DNA of 64,000 nucleotides, from positions 372,186,001-372,250,000 of the forward strand of contig OZ024741.1 of NCBI GenBank assembly GCA_964016885.1, read 5' to 3'. Of this stretch, positions 61,284 to 64,000 are shown in pieces. How positions within the stretch are numbered: the first letter of the stretch is position 1; each line of letters opens with the position of its first letter. Source of the DNA: Eledone cirrhosa. Lineage: Eukaryota. The notes under the pieces were generated by a model. It saw only the letters and a program-made list of their open reading frames with translations. It ran no database searches and was not told the DNA's origin. The translations under genes were made by a program, and so were the position numbers.

Positions 61284-61449
61284 CAGTGGCGAATTTAGGA
61301 AAAATGAGGCCCTGTGCTAGTTAAGTTATAAAGCCCCTTATTTGGGCCCTGAAGAAGGATGGCCTTGTAAAAAAAGAATTAGGGCAGGAAGATGGGTCTC
61401 CCTGATCAATGGGGCCCTGTGCTTAAGCACAATGGTAAATCCGGCACTG
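61284..61449. mobile_element. MITE (CAGTG.CG.ATTT TIR, hAT-like) inside a SINE remnant
   Basis: CAGTGGCGAATTT...AAATCCGGCACTG with TSD-like GACAGGCG/TACAGGTG. Confidence 0.6.
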
Positions 61450-61661
61450 TACAGGTGCCCTGTCCTATACTCTCAGTCGCTTAACGTGGAGGAGACTGGG
61501 ATAAGTACCGACTGGATGCCCCCTCCACCATCCTGGGCTTGTGGCTGACAATCATTAATTTTTAACTTTTAGTGACACTCCACACACCTACCGGACCATT
61601 CTCATTTCCATTCTTTCAAGCTTTCTCTGCTGTTCAACATCCACCACCCATGCTTCGCTCT

Positions 61662-61800
61662 TAGTACCGGATTTACCATTGTGCTTGGGTGTGCCTAAGC
61701 ACAGGAGCACAGGGCCTAACTGCCAAAAATCTTTTTTACCTCCTTCAAAGCCCAATAACTTAACTAACACAGGGCTTCATTTATCCTAAATCCGGCACTA
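61662..61800. mobile_element. Second MITE of the same family, opposite orientation
   Basis: TAGTACCGGATTTACCATTGTGCTT...CCTAAATCCGGCACTA. Confidence 0.6.
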
Positions 61801-62205
61801 CTCTCTCTCATAAAACATAGCACTTCTAACACATGCAGCATTCACCTTTCCCTTCAGTTACAGCAGCATTTCCCTTCCTCATTTATTAGTAGGGCCACTC
61901 AGGATATTAGAGAGTGTTGGGGCTATTCCCAATTTGCAAACACTATAAAAAAATCATTACTCTTAATAACACAGGTGTTTCAAGCTTTTAGTGAAGAGGT
62001 TATGGAAAGGAGATAAAAACTGAGGAATTTTTTGGATTCCCGTTAAAACGTTTTTCTTTTCACATTCTCCCATATAATATACAAACTTGCGTGTAGAGAA
62101 AAAAATTTGTTAATAGATTTCACAGCCATGAATTTAACCAGGCATGCATTAATGAACAGCTGATACCGACGCGAATTAAAAATGTGTGTCTGTGTGTGTG
62201 TGCAC

Positions 62206-62272
<67 letters not shown>

Positions 62273-62427
62273 TCTCTCTCTCTCTGTATACAACGGTCTT
62301 CTATACAGCTTCTTTCTATCAAATTTCACTTACATGGCATTGGTCATTCCAAAGCTATAGTAGAAGACATTTGCCCAATAATACATACATATATATGTGT
62401 ATTATATATGTATTACATATATATATG

Positions 62428-62562
62428 TATATAACAAATTTAATATACAAATGGTTTCTACAGGAATAGAACTGTTTCATTCGGAGGAAATAATGATGAT
62501 TTACTTCGAATGAAACAGTTCTAGTCCTGTAGAAGCCATTTCTATATTAAGTTTGTTGTATA
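62428..62562. repeat. Imperfect ~58-bp-arm fold-back
   Basis: AACAAATTTAATATACAAATGGTTTCTACAGGAATAGAACTGTTTCATTCG followed by its near reverse complement. Confidence 0.8.
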
Positions 62563-62619
62563 CACTCTACTAATGTATTGAGTACCTTATATATTGTGGT
62601 TACCACCGTTTGAAACCGG

Positions 62620-62715
<96 letters not shown>

Positions 62716-62878
62716 TATATATCAGTACATTAACATTTAGTTTTGCTAAATGTGTATATTATAGCATTAAAAAAATATTTTCAAAATTGAGATAAGGATT
62801 TTTTTTCTGTAATATATCTATCGGCATTTCTTTTATTATATGGCAACAACAGTAGCAGATAGGACACATGCGTTCGTG

Positions 62879-63021
<143 letters not shown>

Positions 63022-63098
63022 TAAACTAGTAATACCATTATTCAGCAGAGTACTCGATACTTGAGAGTGTTACTATATTAGAAAGAGTCGAGGCTGAA

Positions 63099-63157
63099 CT
63101 CTTGCCGTTTCGATAGTCAATTCCAAACTCTGGAATTAGTTGTCGAAACGGTAAGAG
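63099..63157. repeat. ~26-bp-arm fold-back at a hammerhead-like GAAACGG
   Basis: CTCTTGCCGTTTCGATAGTCAATTCC / GGAATTAGTTGTCGAAACGGTAAGAG. Confidence 0.7.
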
Positions 63158-63179
63158 CACACCCGTCGGTCCCTTTCTC

Positions 63180-63210
<31 letters not shown>

Positions 63211-63214
63211 AATA

Positions 63215-63292
<78 letters not shown>

Positions 63293-63604
63293 TATTCAAA
63301 ATAGGAAGTGCACAGCACAAAGACAATGGAAAAATAACCAAAAACATCAACGGAAAGATGGACAGTCCCATCTCTTCAGTTAACCTCTGGAAATCACTAC
63401 GGTTTCGGTTCATTAACGTCGATACTTATATATCCCAGTGCACATTGGGACATAACAAAACAAAGATATGAGACAAAGATATGTCTTTAGGCAAATTACA
63501 CAAATATAGAATGTGCAAGGGCCAAGCGAAAGGAGAAAAATATAGAAAGGAGAGAAATAGTAAAACGTGCAGACAAAGAAAGACACTGAGGATTAGAACA
63601 GGTA

Positions 63605-63653
<49 letters not shown>

Positions 63654-63901
63654 GAAAATAGAGAAATTAATGTAAGCAAAAAGCCGACAATAATTCAGAC
63701 ATATAAGTGACTATAACATCAAGATGAACAATTTTTAACGTAAGATATGGGATAAATAATTCAATCTTAATTCAAAACAAGTCAAGAAGAAACATTTTAT
63801 CCTCAGACTTTGTGTAAGTTGGGGAAAAAACCAATACAATCTTAACTCAAAATAAAATCAAGAATAAATACTTAACCGTCAATTTGGGGAAATCTACAAA
63901 T

Positions 63902-63981
63902 GCACTATATAGTCTTAAAAGACTATTTCACGAAACTTTTCAGTGGGGTTAGTCACGGTTGGCATCGTTCATCAGTAGTGC
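63902..63981 (-). ncRNA. Complete type I hammerhead ribozyme
   Basis: GCACTA-CTGATGA-ACGA...TCGT-GAAA-TAGTCT(TTTA)AGACTA-TA-TAGTGC. All three stems pair, the core is intact and the cleavage triplet is AUA. Confidence 0.8.
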
Positions 63982-64000
63982 TCAACACATTAACTAAATC

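Overview
Repeat-saturated eukaryotic DNA. The microsatellite load and SINE/LINE families suggest a cephalopod such as Octopus, which is an inference only. One host gene is recoverable on the minus strand: a secreted bacterial-chitobiase-type GH20 beta-N-acetylhexosaminidase carrying an extra N-terminal peritrophin-A/CBM14 chitin-binding domain. Three phase-compatible internal exons lie at 4890-4615, 3294-3130 and 1908-1381. A candidate 10-nt first coding exon with TATA/Inr lies about 25 kb upstream at 29771-29762, and the gene presumably continues beyond position 1. The rest is nested mobile DNA that sorts by the microsatellite it sits in. (CATA/TATG)n arrays hold R4-like RLE LINEs and RTE-derived elements with tandem C2H2 fingers. 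One (AAT)n array holds a nearly intact Tx1-clade LINE plus R4/Dong-like LINEs. (TA)n tracts hold Penelope-like remnants with about ten hammerhead ribozyme motifs and fold-back inversions, as well as Helitron-like elements. Also present are a PHD-finger-containing RTE LINE, a non-coding Gypsy-type LTR element (PBS-Trp, 4-bp TSD), an RNase H-bearing LINE relic, mariner and hAT MITEs and many tRNA-derived SINEs. Coordinates were read by eye, and repeat boundaries are approximate unless a TSD is quoted.
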